The notes below the pieces were generated by a model. The model saw only the letters and a list, made by a program, of their open reading frames with translations, searched no databases and had not been told where the DNA came from. Of a DNA stretch of 64,000 bases, positions 1 to 8,788 are shown piece after piece. The DNA comes from Candidatus Eiseniibacteriota bacterium. GTDB lineage: Bacteria; Orphanbacterota; Orphanbacteria; Orphanbacterales; Orphanbacteraceae. Each line of letters begins with the position of its first letter. Within the stretch, counting starts at the first letter, position 1. The stretch is taken from NCBI GenBank assembly GCA_029262235.1, contig JAJCZU010000002.1, positions 1,142,927-1,206,926 on the forward strand, read 5' to 3'. The position numbers and the translations under genes were made by a program.

Positions 1-1866
1 CGGCTTATCGACGAGCTGGATGCCCCGGCGCCCGAGGCAAAGGTCGAAACGAATTACCGCCTCATTGATTCCCTGCAGGACTTGAAAAAGTGCGCCGCGG
101 CGTGGAAGAAGAGCGGGCGGATTGCGCTATTCGTCATACCCGACTCCGCGAACCGCATTCGTACCGGTGTCCGCGGCATGGCGATCGCGGCCGCGCCGGG
201 CGTCGCGGAATACGTTCCGTTTTCACAGGGCGGAGGGGAGTCGCTCTTTCCCGAGGAGATTCTGTCCGTGATTGCTCCCGTCCTTGCCGACCGCAGGATC
301 AGGATCGTGATTCCGGGCGCGAAGGAGGCGATGTTCGCGCTTCAAAATGCCGGCATACCCATCGAAGGCCCGCTGTCGGATCCGGCCATCGCGTCGTACG
401 TTCTCGACCCGGGACAGCGGACGCACGCGATCGAGCATCTGAGCCAGGTTCACCTGAATCGCAGGCTGAAGCCACCGGAGGAGATCCTCGGGACCGGACG
501 CAACAAGAAAACGATCCAGGAACTGTGGCCGGACGAAGTGTATGCGTTCGCATGCGAACGTGCCGACTGCGCGCTGCAGCTCGGGGGCATTCTCAGCGAC
601 GAAATGGAAGCGGTGGAGGGCGAAGATCTCTACGAGAACATCGAGATTCCACTCCTCAAGGTGCTGCAGAAGATGGAGGGGGCGGGCGTTCGACTCGACC
701 TCGAGTTTCTCGCGGCCATGTCGAAGGAACTGCACGCCGAGATCGACTCGATCGAACAGAAGATCTACGAACTCGGCGGCGGAGAATTCAATGTCAATTC
801 GCCCCTGCAGCTCCAGAAGATTCTGTTCGAGGATCTGGGGCTGAAGCCGACCAAGAAGACGAAGACCGGCTACTCGACGGACAACGACGTGCTGCAGGAA
901 CTCGCGAAGGTGCATCCGCTTCCCGCGCTGATCCTCGAAAACCGTCAGCTCGTGAAGCTTTGCGGCACGTATATTGACGCGCTTCCGAAACTCGTCGACG
1001 AGGAAACGAACCACATTCATACGTCGTTCAATCAAACCGTAGCCGCGACGGGCCGGCTGTCGTCGAGCGACCCGAACCTGCAGAACATTCCGATTCGCAC
1101 CGACGTCGGACGCCGCATTCGCAAAGCCTTCCTGCCGCGCAGCGACGGCCATCGACTGATCTCCCTCGACTACTCGCAGGTTGAGCTTCGCCTGCTCGCG
1201 CATCTGTCGGAAGACGATCACCTGATCGAAGACTTCCGCACCGGAACGGACATCCATCGTCGAACGGCCGCCACGCTCTTCGGCATGGAAGAAAGCGAGG
1301 TTTCGGGCGAGATGCGTTCCCGTGCCAAAGCGGTGAACTTCGGAATCGTGTACGGCATGGGCGCATTCGGTCTCGCTACCCGCCTCGATATCGGGCGCAA
1401 GGAAGCCGAAGAGTTCATCCGAAATTACTTCGAAGCGTATCCCGGCGTGCAGGGTTTTCTCGATCGGACGATCGAAGAGGGACGCGAAAACGGGTACGTC
1501 GAAACCATGCTCCACAGGCGCCGGTACCTTCCCGATCTGAACAGCAAAAACGGCCGGATCCGGGCGTTTGCGGAGCGGACGGCCGTCAACACGCCGATCC
1601 AGGGCTCGGCCGCGGATCTGATCAAACTTGCCATGATTGCGATCGATGACGAACTTGAAAAGAAGGGCCTCGAGACGAAGATGATATTGCAGGTGCACGA
1701 TGAACTCGTATTCGACGCTCCTGTGGCAGAAGTGGAAGAGGTCACGGCACTGGCGAAGAAGCGTATGGAAGGCCAGATGGAGCTCAGAGTCCCGATCCTC
1801 GTCGACTCGGGATCCGGCAGCAACTGGCTCGAAGCGCACGGGATCGATCCCGGGGCGACCGCATGA
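1..1866 (+). CDS. polA: DNA polymerase I, 3' portion (5' end lies upstream of the window)
   Basis: Reading frame is open from base 1; family A polymerase motifs DYSQVELR (A), RxxAKAVNFGIVYG (B) and QVHDELVFD (C); the 3'-5' exonuclease-like region is present but its acidic motifs look degenerate. Confidence 0.9.
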   Translation, partial: RLIDELDAPAPEAKVETNYRLIDSLQDLKKCAAAWKKSGRIALFVIPDSANRIRTGVRGMAIAAAPGVAEYVPFSQGGGESLFPEEILSVIAPVLADRRIRIVIPGAKEAMFALQNAGIPIEGPLSDPAIASYVLDPGQRTHAIEHLSQVHLNRRLKPPEEILGTGRNKKTIQELWPDEVYAFACERADCALQLGGILSDEMEAVEGEDLYENIEIPLLKVLQKMEGAGVRLDLEFLAAMSKELHAEIDSIEQKIYELGGGEFNVNSPLQLQKILFEDLGLKPTKKTKTGYSTDNDVLQELAKVHPLPALILENRQLVKLCGTYIDALPKLVDEETNHIHTSFNQTVAATGRLSSSDPNLQNIPIRTDVGRRIRKAFLPRSDGHRLISLDYSQVELRLLAHLSEDDHLIEDFRTGTDIHRRTAATLFGMEESEVSGEMRSRAKAVNFGIVYGMGAFGLATRLDIGRKEAEEFIRNYFEAYPGVQGFLDRTIEEGRENGYVETMLHRRRYLPDLNSKNGRIRAFAERTAVNTPIQGSAADLIKLAMIAIDDELEKKGLETKMILQVHDELVFDAPVAEVEEVTALAKKRMEGQMELRVPILVDSGSGSNWLEAHGIDPGATA

Positions 1867-2465
1867 TCATCGGGATCACGGGCAATACCGGGAGCGGCAA
1901 GAGTACGCTGGCCCGCATGTTCGCGGAGTGGGGCGGTACGCTTGTCGACGCGGACGAAATCGGCCGCTCCGTCTGGCAGAACGACGCGGGTCTGCAGCGC
2001 GCGATCGTGGACACCTTCGGCGACTCCGTCCTGGGATCGGACGGTAAAGTCGATCGGCGGCAGCTCGGGCGCACGGTTTTTTCGTCCCGGGAGAATCTGG
2101 TGAAGCTCGACCGGCTTCTGGCCGAGCCGCTGCGGAGCGCCATCGAGCGCGCCCTCCGCGAAGCGGAGGAGAGGTCGCCCGGCCCCGTCGTTCTCGATGC
2201 GGCGCTTCTCTTCGATTGGGGTTATCAGAAACGCGTCGATGTGGTAGTTCTGATTCTGGCGCCGCCCGGTACGAGACGCGCGCGCATTCGCACCAGGGAT
2301 TCCCTCGACGAGCAGGGGGCGCGCGATCGGATCGACAGACAGAGCGATCTCGACGCACGAATAGAAGAAGCGGACCATGTCATCGATAACGACGGCACGC
2401 TCGACGATCTCGAGCAGAAGGCGCGTGCGGTCTGGGAATCGATCGGTGATCAGGATAAGGAGTGA
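1863..2465 (+). CDS. coaE: dephospho-CoA kinase
   Basis: N-terminal P-loop GITGNTGSGKST; about 200 aa; ATG overlaps the polA stop (ATGA). Confidence 0.85.
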   Translation: MIIGITGNTGSGKSTLARMFAEWGGTLVDADEIGRSVWQNDAGLQRAIVDTFGDSVLGSDGKVDRRQLGRTVFSSRENLVKLDRLLAEPLRSAIERALREAEERSPGPVVLDAALLFDWGYQKRVDVVVLILAPPGTRRARIRTRDSLDEQGARDRIDRQSDLDARIEEADHVIDNDGTLDDLEQKARAVWESIGDQDKE

Positions 2466-2470
2466 GGGGA

Positions 2471-3569
2471 ATGCCGGACGTCAGAGAAATCGAACAGGAA
2501 CTCGAGTCGAGCCGCACTCGCATTGACGAGCTCGAAGGTTATCTTTGACATTTCCAAACGCATCGCGCACATCGCGCAGCTAGAGGAAAAGATGACGGCC
2601 CAGGACTTCTGGGACCATCAGGCGAAAGCACAGGAAACCACGCGCGCACTCTCTTCGCAGAAGCGCATCGTCGATGAGTTCACGAAGGTGAAGACGGCGC
2701 ACGAGGAAACGGCGATCCTGCTCGAAATGGCGCAGGAAGAGTCGGACGAAGACACGATGCGCGAGGTCGAAAAGGGTCTGCGCCAGCTGACCGTGCTCGT
2801 CACCGATCTCGAAACGAAGAGTCTGCTCGGCGCGCCCGAAGATTCCGGGAATGCCATCATCAATATCAATCCCGGCGCCGGCGGAACGGAATCGCAGGAC
2901 TGGGCCCAGATGCTCCTTCGCATGTATCAGCGATGGGGCGAACGCCGCGGGTTCAAGCAGAACCTGATCGATATCTCCGCGGGCGACGAAGCGGGAATCA
3001 AAAGCGCCACCCTCGAAATGGAGGGTGATTACGCGTACGGATTTCTGCGCTCGGAAGCGGGCGTGCATCGCCTCGTTCGCATTTCGCCTTTCGACGCGGC
3101 GCATCGAAGACACACGTCTTTCGCGTCGGTCGCCGTCTTCCCCGAATCGGAAGAGATCGAAGAAGTGGAGATCCTCGATTCGGATCTCCGCGTCGACACG
3201 TTCCGATCGAGCGGGGCGGGCGGCCAGCACGTCAACAAGACCGATTCCGCGGTCCGCATCACGCACCTTTCGACGAACATCGTCGTCACGTGCCAGAGCG
3301 AGCGCTCCCAGCATCGAAATCGGGCGAACGCGATGAAAGTGCTGAAGGCACGTCTTCTGCAACAGCGCCTCGAGGAGGAAGCGCAGAAATCCGCGGAGCG
3401 CGAAGGGGAGAAGAAAGAGATCGCGTTCGGGAATCAGATCAGGTCGTACGTTTTCCAGCCGTACACGCTCGTGAAGGATCACCGGACCAATACGGAGGTC
3501 GGCAACGTGCAGGGTGTCATGGACGGCGATATTGAAGCATTCATAGAGGCGTACCTGCGAAGAAAGTAG
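2471..3569 (+). CDS. prfB: peptide chain release factor 2, expressed by programmed +1 frameshift (frame 0 2471..2545, +1 frame 2547..3569)
   Basis: ATG at 2471 encodes 25 codons (MPDVREIEQELESSRTRIDELEGYL) ending at an in-frame TGA inside CTT TGA C (2543-2549); the +1 frame continues DISKRIAH... and contains the RF2-type SPF and GGQ motifs. Confidence 0.9.
2534..2549 (+). promoter_or_regulatory. programmed +1 ribosomal frameshift site of prfB (internal SD-like GAAGG, then UAU CUU UGA C)
   Basis: Sequence gaaggttatctttgac read directly; it matches the classical RF2 autoregulatory slippery site CUU UGA C with an upstream SD-like element. Confidence 0.8.
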
Positions 3570-3633
3570 GCGCCGCGTTCCGTTTGACGCGCCCAATTCG
3601 TCTCCTTATATTGGGGCGACTACGGAGGAGATC

Positions 3634-5109
3634 ATGGCAGACGAAAAACAGTTGATCAAAGTGCGGTACGACAAGAGAGCGATGCTCGAAGAACTGGGCG
3701 TCAACCCGTATCCCACGAAGTACGACAGGGATACGATGGCGGCCGCCGTGCACGAAAACTTCGAGGAGTGGTCAGCGGAGGAACGTCTCGTTTCGATCGC
3801 CGGCCGTCTCATGACCGTTCGCAAAATGGGGAAAGCCTCGTTCGCGAATCTGAAGGACCGGTCGGGTACGATTCAGATCTACGTGACCACGGACAACGTC
3901 GGCGCGGACGCCTACACGATCTGGAAGCGGCTCGAGGGGGGCGATCTCGTCGGCGTACGCGGTATCCCGTTTCGCACACAGAAGGGCGAGATCTCGCTGC
4001 AGGTCAGGGAGTTCTCGGTGCTCGCGAAGTCCCTTCGCCCGCTGCCCGAAAAATGGCACGGTCTGAAGGACAAGGAAACCCGGTACAGGCAGCGCTACGT
4101 CGATCTCATCGTGAACGACGACGTGCGCGCCGTGTTCGAGAAGCGGGCGCTCATCGTGCGTGTCGTCAGGAACTATCTCGACGAGCGCGGGTTTCTCGAA
4201 GTAGAGACGCCGATCCTGCAGCCCCTGTACGGCGGCGCCTCGGCGCGGCCGTTTACGACGCATCACAACACTTTGGACATGAAGCTGTTCCTCAGGATCG
4301 CGGACGAGCTCTACCTGAAGCGTTTGATCGTCGGCGGATACGAAAAAGTGTACGAGATCGGAAAAGACTTTCGAAACGAGGGGATGGACAAGACGCACAA
4401 CCCCGAGTTCACGCAGCTCGAACTGTACGAGGCTTACGCCGACTACAACACCATGATGGAGCACGTGGAGAACATCATGCGTGCGATCGCCATGGCCCTG
4501 CACGGGAGCACGACGATTACGTTCCAGGGGCGCGAAAATGATCTCGGGAAGCCGTGGACACGCCTTTCCTTCGTCGACGCGCTCTCGGAAAAGGTCGGGA
4601 AGGACGTGCTCGCGCTTTCGAACGACGAGCTTCGGGCGGCGGCGAAAGAGCGCCACATCGAACTCCCGGACGAAGCGTCGAACGGCATGATCATGGCGGA
4701 ACTCTTCGACGTGCTCGTGGAACCGGGGATTCAGGACCCGACGTTCGTTCTCGATTTTCCGAAGGAGATATCGCCTCTCGCGAAAGAACGCCAAGGCCGC
4801 CCCGGTGTGGTGGAGCGGTTCGAACCGTATTTGTGCGGAATGGAGATCGGAAATGCGTTCTCGGAGCTGAACGACCCCGTGGAGCAGCGCAGGCGCTTCG
4901 AAGCGCAGCTCGAACTCCGGGGGCCCGAGAGCGAGGAAGCGCAGCAGCTGGACGAGGATTATCTCCGTGCGCTCGAATACGGCATGCCGCCGACGGGCGG
5001 GCTCGGGATCGGCATCGACCGGATCAGCGTGGTCTTCGCGGACCAGCCCTCGATCCGGGACGTGATCCTGTTCCCGCAGATGAGACCCGAGACCGCTCCC
5101 TCAAAGTAG
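3634..5109 (+). CDS. lysS: lysyl-tRNA synthetase (class II)
   Basis: 491 aa; N-terminal OB anticodon-binding region followed by class II catalytic core; conserved prfB-lysS gene order; GGAGGAG before the ATG. Confidence 0.9.
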   Translation: MADEKQLIKVRYDKRAMLEELGVNPYPTKYDRDTMAAAVHENFEEWSAEERLVSIAGRLMTVRKMGKASFANLKDRSGTIQIYVTTDNVGADAYTIWKRLEGGDLVGVRGIPFRTQKGEISLQVREFSVLAKSLRPLPEKWHGLKDKETRYRQRYVDLIVNDDVRAVFEKRALIVRVVRNYLDERGFLEVETPILQPLYGGASARPFTTHHNTLDMKLFLRIADELYLKRLIVGGYEKVYEIGKDFRNEGMDKTHNPEFTQLELYEAYADYNTMMEHVENIMRAIAMALHGSTTITFQGRENDLGKPWTRLSFVDALSEKVGKDVLALSNDELRAAAKERHIELPDEASNGMIMAELFDVLVEPGIQDPTFVLDFPKEISPLAKERQGRPGVVERFEPYLCGMEIGNAFSELNDPVEQRRRFEAQLELRGPESEEAQQLDEDYLRALEYGMPPTGGLGIGIDRISVVFADQPSIRDVILFPQMRPETAPSK

Positions 5110-5116
5110 GCGAAAC

Positions 5117-6352
5117 ATGGGCTACGAGTTCTTCATCGCGAAAAGGCACATCAAGTCGCCCAGCCGCTTCGGCTTCGTGCCGATCATTACGCTGATCTCG
5201 ATTCTCGGCGTCTTCGTCGGGGTCGCTTCGCTGATCGTCGTTCTTTCCGTCATGAACGGCTTCGAAACCGAGGTGAAGTCGAGGATCGTGGGCACACATG
5301 CCCATGTCATCCTGCTGAAGTTCGGGAACGAGCCGATCGAACCCGATGCCGCCCTGATGACGACCGTGCGCGAAACGCCCGGTGTTACCGCGAGCGCGCC
5401 GTTCGTCTATTCCAAGGCGATGATTCAGGTCGGCAAGGAGCAGGACGGGATCGTCATCAAAGGCGTCGATCCGGAACAGGAAGACGCCGTGTCGGATCTG
5501 CTGCGCCGCACGTCGCCGCCCGACGCACGCCTGCAGTGGGAGGACGGCGCCATGCCCCCTGTGCTGCTCGGTGAAGAGATCGCGCTGAACCTCGGCGCCA
5601 CGCTCGGCGAGACGATCGTGCTCGCATCGTTTCAGAACACGTCGCGCAACCCGTTCGGCGCCGTCCCGAAGATGCGTCGCTTCCGCGTGCAGGGGACGTT
5701 CGACTCGGGCATGTACGAATACAATTCGACTCTACTATTGATGCCGCTCCGCGCGGCGCAGGACTTCTTCGGCCTGGGCGACAACGTGACCGGCATCGCG
5801 ATCAATGTCGAAGACGCGTACGCCGCCCCTGAAATCGCCGCGCAGGTGGTCGCGCGCGTCGGCAGCCCGCCGTACAGGACGAACAACTGGATTCATTTGA
5901 ACCGCACGCTCTTTACGTGGATGGAAACGGAAAAACGGGTGATGTTCATCATCCTGGCTCTCGTGGTTCTCGTGGCCGCGTTCAACATCGCGAGCACGCT
6001 GATCATGGTCGTCATGGAGAAAACACGCGAGATCGGTGTTCTCAAATCGATGGGCGCCACGCTCCGCAGCATTCTGATCATTTTCGTCTTGGAGGGCGTG
6101 ACGATCGGAGGGATCGGCACGCTGCTCGGATGCATCGGGGGGTGGGGGACCTGTGTCCTGATCGATCGCTATCAGATCATTCCGCTTCCCTCGGACATCT
6201 ACTTCATCGATTCTCTCCCCGTGAGCCTCGAATGGACCGACGTGGCCCAGGTCGCGGTGGCGGCCATGGTGATCTGTCTCTTCGCGACTCTCTATCCCGC
6301 GTGGAAAGCCTCTCGTCTCGAGCCGATCGAGGCGATCCGGGTGGACGGCTGA
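5117..6352 (+). CDS. lipoprotein-release ABC transporter permease (LolC/LolE family, FtsX-like)
   Basis: 411 aa; N-terminal TM helix, large periplasmic loop and C-terminal TM bundle typical of FtsX/LolCE permeases; immediately followed by a LolD-like ATPase. Confidence 0.8.
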   Translation: MGYEFFIAKRHIKSPSRFGFVPIITLISILGVFVGVASLIVVLSVMNGFETEVKSRIVGTHAHVILLKFGNEPIEPDAALMTTVRETPGVTASAPFVYSKAMIQVGKEQDGIVIKGVDPEQEDAVSDLLRRTSPPDARLQWEDGAMPPVLLGEEIALNLGATLGETIVLASFQNTSRNPFGAVPKMRRFRVQGTFDSGMYEYNSTLLLMPLRAAQDFFGLGDNVTGIAINVEDAYAAPEIAAQVVARVGSPPYRTNNWIHLNRTLFTWMETEKRVMFIILALVVLVAAFNIASTLIMVVMEKTREIGVLKSMGATLRSILIIFVLEGVTIGGIGTLLGCIGGWGTCVLIDRYQIIPLPSDIYFIDSLPVSLEWTDVAQVAVAAMVICLFATLYPAWKASRLEPIEAIRVDG

Positions 6353-6353
6353 T

Positions 6354-7055
6354 ATGAGTTACATCGTCGAAACGAAAAACCTCAGCAAGTCGTACCGGAC
6401 GGGCGATCAGTCGCTCTCGGTGCTCGAAGACATCGACCTGCAGGTCAGTCAGGGAGAAATTCTGTCGATCGTGGGAACGTCCGGCGCCGGCAAGAGCACG
6501 CTGCTGCACGTGATCGGTACGCTCATCCGCCCGACGACGGGCGAGGTTCTGATCGACGGCCAGGATGTATTCAGACTCTCCGATCACAAGCTTTCGCGCT
6601 TTCGCAACGAACGCATCGGGTTCGTGTTTCAGTTTCACCATCTGCTCCCGGAGTTCAGCGCGGAAGAGAACATCATGCTTCCGCTTCTGATCGGGGGAGC
6701 GCGCGAAGGCGACGCACGGAAGCGGGCGCGCGAACTGCTGCACTCCGTGTCTCTCGAAGCGCGCGCATCGCATCATCCGTCCGAACTCTCCGGCGGCGAA
6801 CAGCAGCGTATCGCCGTAGCGCGTGCGCTTGCGACGAAACCCGCCGTGGTGCTGGCCGACGAACCGTCGGGCAATCTCGACGAAGACACGAGCGAAGAAC
6901 TTCACCAGTTGATATGGGACGTCCGGAGCGAAACCGGGCAGGCCTTCGTGATCGTTACCCATGACGCCCTCCTCGCCGACCGCGCCGACCGCAAGGTCGT
7001 GCTGCACGCGCACCGGCTCGCGACGGATCCGGGTCCCGTGAAAGTGGGCGCATGA
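6354..7055 (+). CDS. lolD: lipoprotein-release ABC transporter ATP-binding protein
   Basis: Walker A GTSGAGKST, ABC signature LSGGEQQR, Walker B VVLADEP. Confidence 0.85.
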   Translation: MSYIVETKNLSKSYRTGDQSLSVLEDIDLQVSQGEILSIVGTSGAGKSTLLHVIGTLIRPTTGEVLIDGQDVFRLSDHKLSRFRNERIGFVFQFHHLLPEFSAEENIMLPLLIGGAREGDARKRARELLHSVSLEARASHHPSELSGGEQQRIAVARALATKPAVVLADEPSGNLDEDTSEELHQLIWDVRSETGQAFVIVTHDALLADRADRKVVLHAHRLATDPGPVKVGA

Positions 7056-7657
7056 TGAAATGCCAGATCTGCTCCGAGCGCGAGGCCCGGGTTCACTACA
7101 CGGAGATGAAGGACGACGAAGTACGTACGCTGCGTCTTTGCGAACAGTGCGCCGAGGCACGCGGATTCACGAAGATGGAGAAGAAACCCGAATTCAGCCT
7201 GCCCGATCTCCTGGCCGGCATGGCCGAGGACAAATTCGCGGGGACGGAAACCGAAGCGGCCCCTCTCACGTGCGAGCGCTGCGGTCTCACGTACCCCGAA
7301 TTCAAGAAGACCGGGCGCCTCGGCTGCGGGGAGTGCTATGAAGCCTTTGCCGCCCCGCTCCTGCCGCTCCTGAAGCGGATTCACGGGAGCGAGAACCACG
7401 TGGGGAAAGTCCCGGCGGCCTCGCGGGAAACCGACCGGCGCCCCCCCCGGGAGGTCCCTCGCAAGGTCCCCGTGGAGCCTCCCGAGCCCGGGGAGTCCCG
7501 GGAGACGGATGAGGTCCGGGAAACGCAGGAAACCCGCATGGCGCGTCTGGAGGACCTCAGGCGCCAGCTCGACCGCTGTGTCGACGCGGAGGACTTCGAG
7601 CGCGCGGCGGCCATCAGGGACCGGATTCAGCGACTGGAGGAGTCCCGTGGTGCCTAG
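7052..7657 (+). CDS. mcsA: McsA-like protein (UvrB/UvrC-motif protein, putative arginine kinase activator)
   Basis: Two CxxC pairs (CQIC...CEQC and CERC...CGEC) plus a C-terminal UVR-like helix (EDFERAAAIRDRIQRLEE); ATG overlaps the lolD stop (ATGATGA); directly precedes mcsB. Confidence 0.7.
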   Translation: MMKCQICSEREARVHYTEMKDDEVRTLRLCEQCAEARGFTKMEKKPEFSLPDLLAGMAEDKFAGTETEAAPLTCERCGLTYPEFKKTGRLGCGECYEAFAAPLLPLLKRIHGSENHVGKVPAASRETDRRPPREVPRKVPVEPPEPGESRETDEVRETQETRMARLEDLRRQLDRCVDAEDFERAAAIRDRIQRLEESRGA

Positions 7658-8714
7658 AGCGCCCTGGCCCGAGCCCGACTGGATGTCCGGAGAAGGCCCG
7701 GAGTCCGTCACCGTTCTTTCGACGCGGATACGTCTCGCCCGCAATCTGACCGGCCATCCGTTCACTCATCGTGCGGAGGAAGAGGAGCGCGGGGAGATCC
7801 TCGAGGATGTCCGGGAAGCGGCCCGCGCGGCACGGTCACTCGCCACGCCGCGCATTCTCCGCCTCGACCGGACGTCGACCCTCGACCGGCAGTATCTCGT
7901 CGAACGTCATCTGGTCTCTCCCGACCTCGCCAACGCCCGCGGACCGCGCGCCGTTGCGGTGGGAAAAGGGGAGACTTTGAGCGTAATGATCAACGAAGAA
8001 GACCATTTGCGGATCCAGGGCCTCTTATCCGGGTTTCAACTAAGGAATGCCTGGAATCTCGTCGATAAATTGGACGAGGATTTGGGGACGAATCTGGACC
8101 TGGCGTTTTCCCCGAAATGGGGATACCTGACCGCCTGCCCGACGAATACGGGTACCGGTCTTCGCGCATCGGTCCTGATTCATCTCCCGGGGCTCGTTCT
8201 CACGAAGCAGATCGGCAAGGTACTGCGAGGCATCTCGCAGGTGGGCCTCGCGGTCCGCGGCATGTTCGGAGAGGGCACGGAAGTCATGGGGAACTTTTTC
8301 CAGATTTCCAACCAGACCACTCTGGGCCTCAGTGAGAACGAAGTGATCGAAAGTCTCGGTCGGGTGACCCGCCAGGTCATCGATCATGAACAGAGCGCTT
8401 CCGAGGTACTGCTCAAGAGCGCTCCTCATCAGATCGAGGACAAGGTGTTTCGCGCGTACGGGATTCTTCGGCACGGCCGCGTCATTTCTTCGCAGGAAGT
8501 CGTGAGCATGACTTCGGCATTGCGATTCGGATTCGGTCTCGGCTTTCTGCGGGACCGGCTCGACGCGCACCGCCTGAACCGTCTCATGATCGAGACACTC
8601 CCGGCGCATCTTCAGCGCGCGAACGGGACGAGGCTCGATCAGGCGGAACGGGATTACCGGCGCGCCGCATTCGTTCGCAGCCTGCTCGGCGAAGAGACGG
8701 ACGCAGAGGCGTAA
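7647..8714 (+). CDS. mcsB: protein arginine kinase (ATP:guanido phosphotransferase family)
   Basis: Phosphagen-kinase-like catalytic domain; GTG start at 7647 or 7650 preceded by GGAGGAG (7636-7642) and overlapping the mcsA stop; ATG at 7683 is an alternative. The ORF-track start at 7509 is rejected because it overlaps mcsA. Confidence 0.8.
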   Translation: MVPRAPWPEPDWMSGEGPESVTVLSTRIRLARNLTGHPFTHRAEEEERGEILEDVREAARAARSLATPRILRLDRTSTLDRQYLVERHLVSPDLANARGPRAVAVGKGETLSVMINEEDHLRIQGLLSGFQLRNAWNLVDKLDEDLGTNLDLAFSPKWGYLTACPTNTGTGLRASVLIHLPGLVLTKQIGKVLRGISQVGLAVRGMFGEGTEVMGNFFQISNQTTLGLSENEVIESLGRVTRQVIDHEQSASEVLLKSAPHQIEDKVFRAYGILRHGRVISSQEVVSMTSALRFGFGLGFLRDRLDAHRLNRLMIETLPAHLQRANGTRLDQAERDYRRAAFVRSLLGEETDAEA

Positions 8715-8716
8715 CC

Positions 8717-8745
8717 TTGTGCCTGCCGTGGGGAGTGGGTATATT
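8717..8745 (+). promoter_or_regulatory. candidate sigma70-type promoter upstream of clpC (-35 TTGTGC, 17-bp spacer, -10 TATATT)
   Basis: Hexamers and spacing read directly in the mcsB-clpC intergenic region; no experimental support. Confidence 0.3.
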
Positions 8746-8788
8746 ATGGGCAACCTTTTCCTGAGAAGCAGCCGGAGGGGCTAACGGA

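Noticed and set aside
223-1839. Long minus-strand ORFs antisense to polA; the same pattern at 8744..11002, 11199..13034, 20580..22445, 23106..25169, 49383..51236, 52395..54353 and 54146..55600.
   Set aside because: They lie antisense to genes with clear conserved motifs, and their translations are Arg/Pro/Gly-rich with no recognisable domains. Long antisense ORFs are expected in GC-rich DNA because stop codons are AT-rich.
3768-4541. Same-strand alternative-frame ORFs such as 90..977, 3768..4541, 4554..5195, 5917..6357, 15376..15873, 20588..21592, 24005..24922 and 52280..53941.
   Set aside because: They are off-frame overlaps of well-supported genes, with highly Arg-rich low-complexity translations and no motifs.
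7509-7646. N-terminal extensions in the ORF track for mcsB (7509), the ICMT-like gene (18201), lpxB (19094), kdtA (20841), the Memo-like gene (24005), rmlA (37416) and the WbaP-like gene (59648).
   Set aside because: The extensions overlap the preceding gene in another frame. Internal ATG/GTG starts located at stop-codon overlaps or behind SD-like sequences give proteins of the expected family length.
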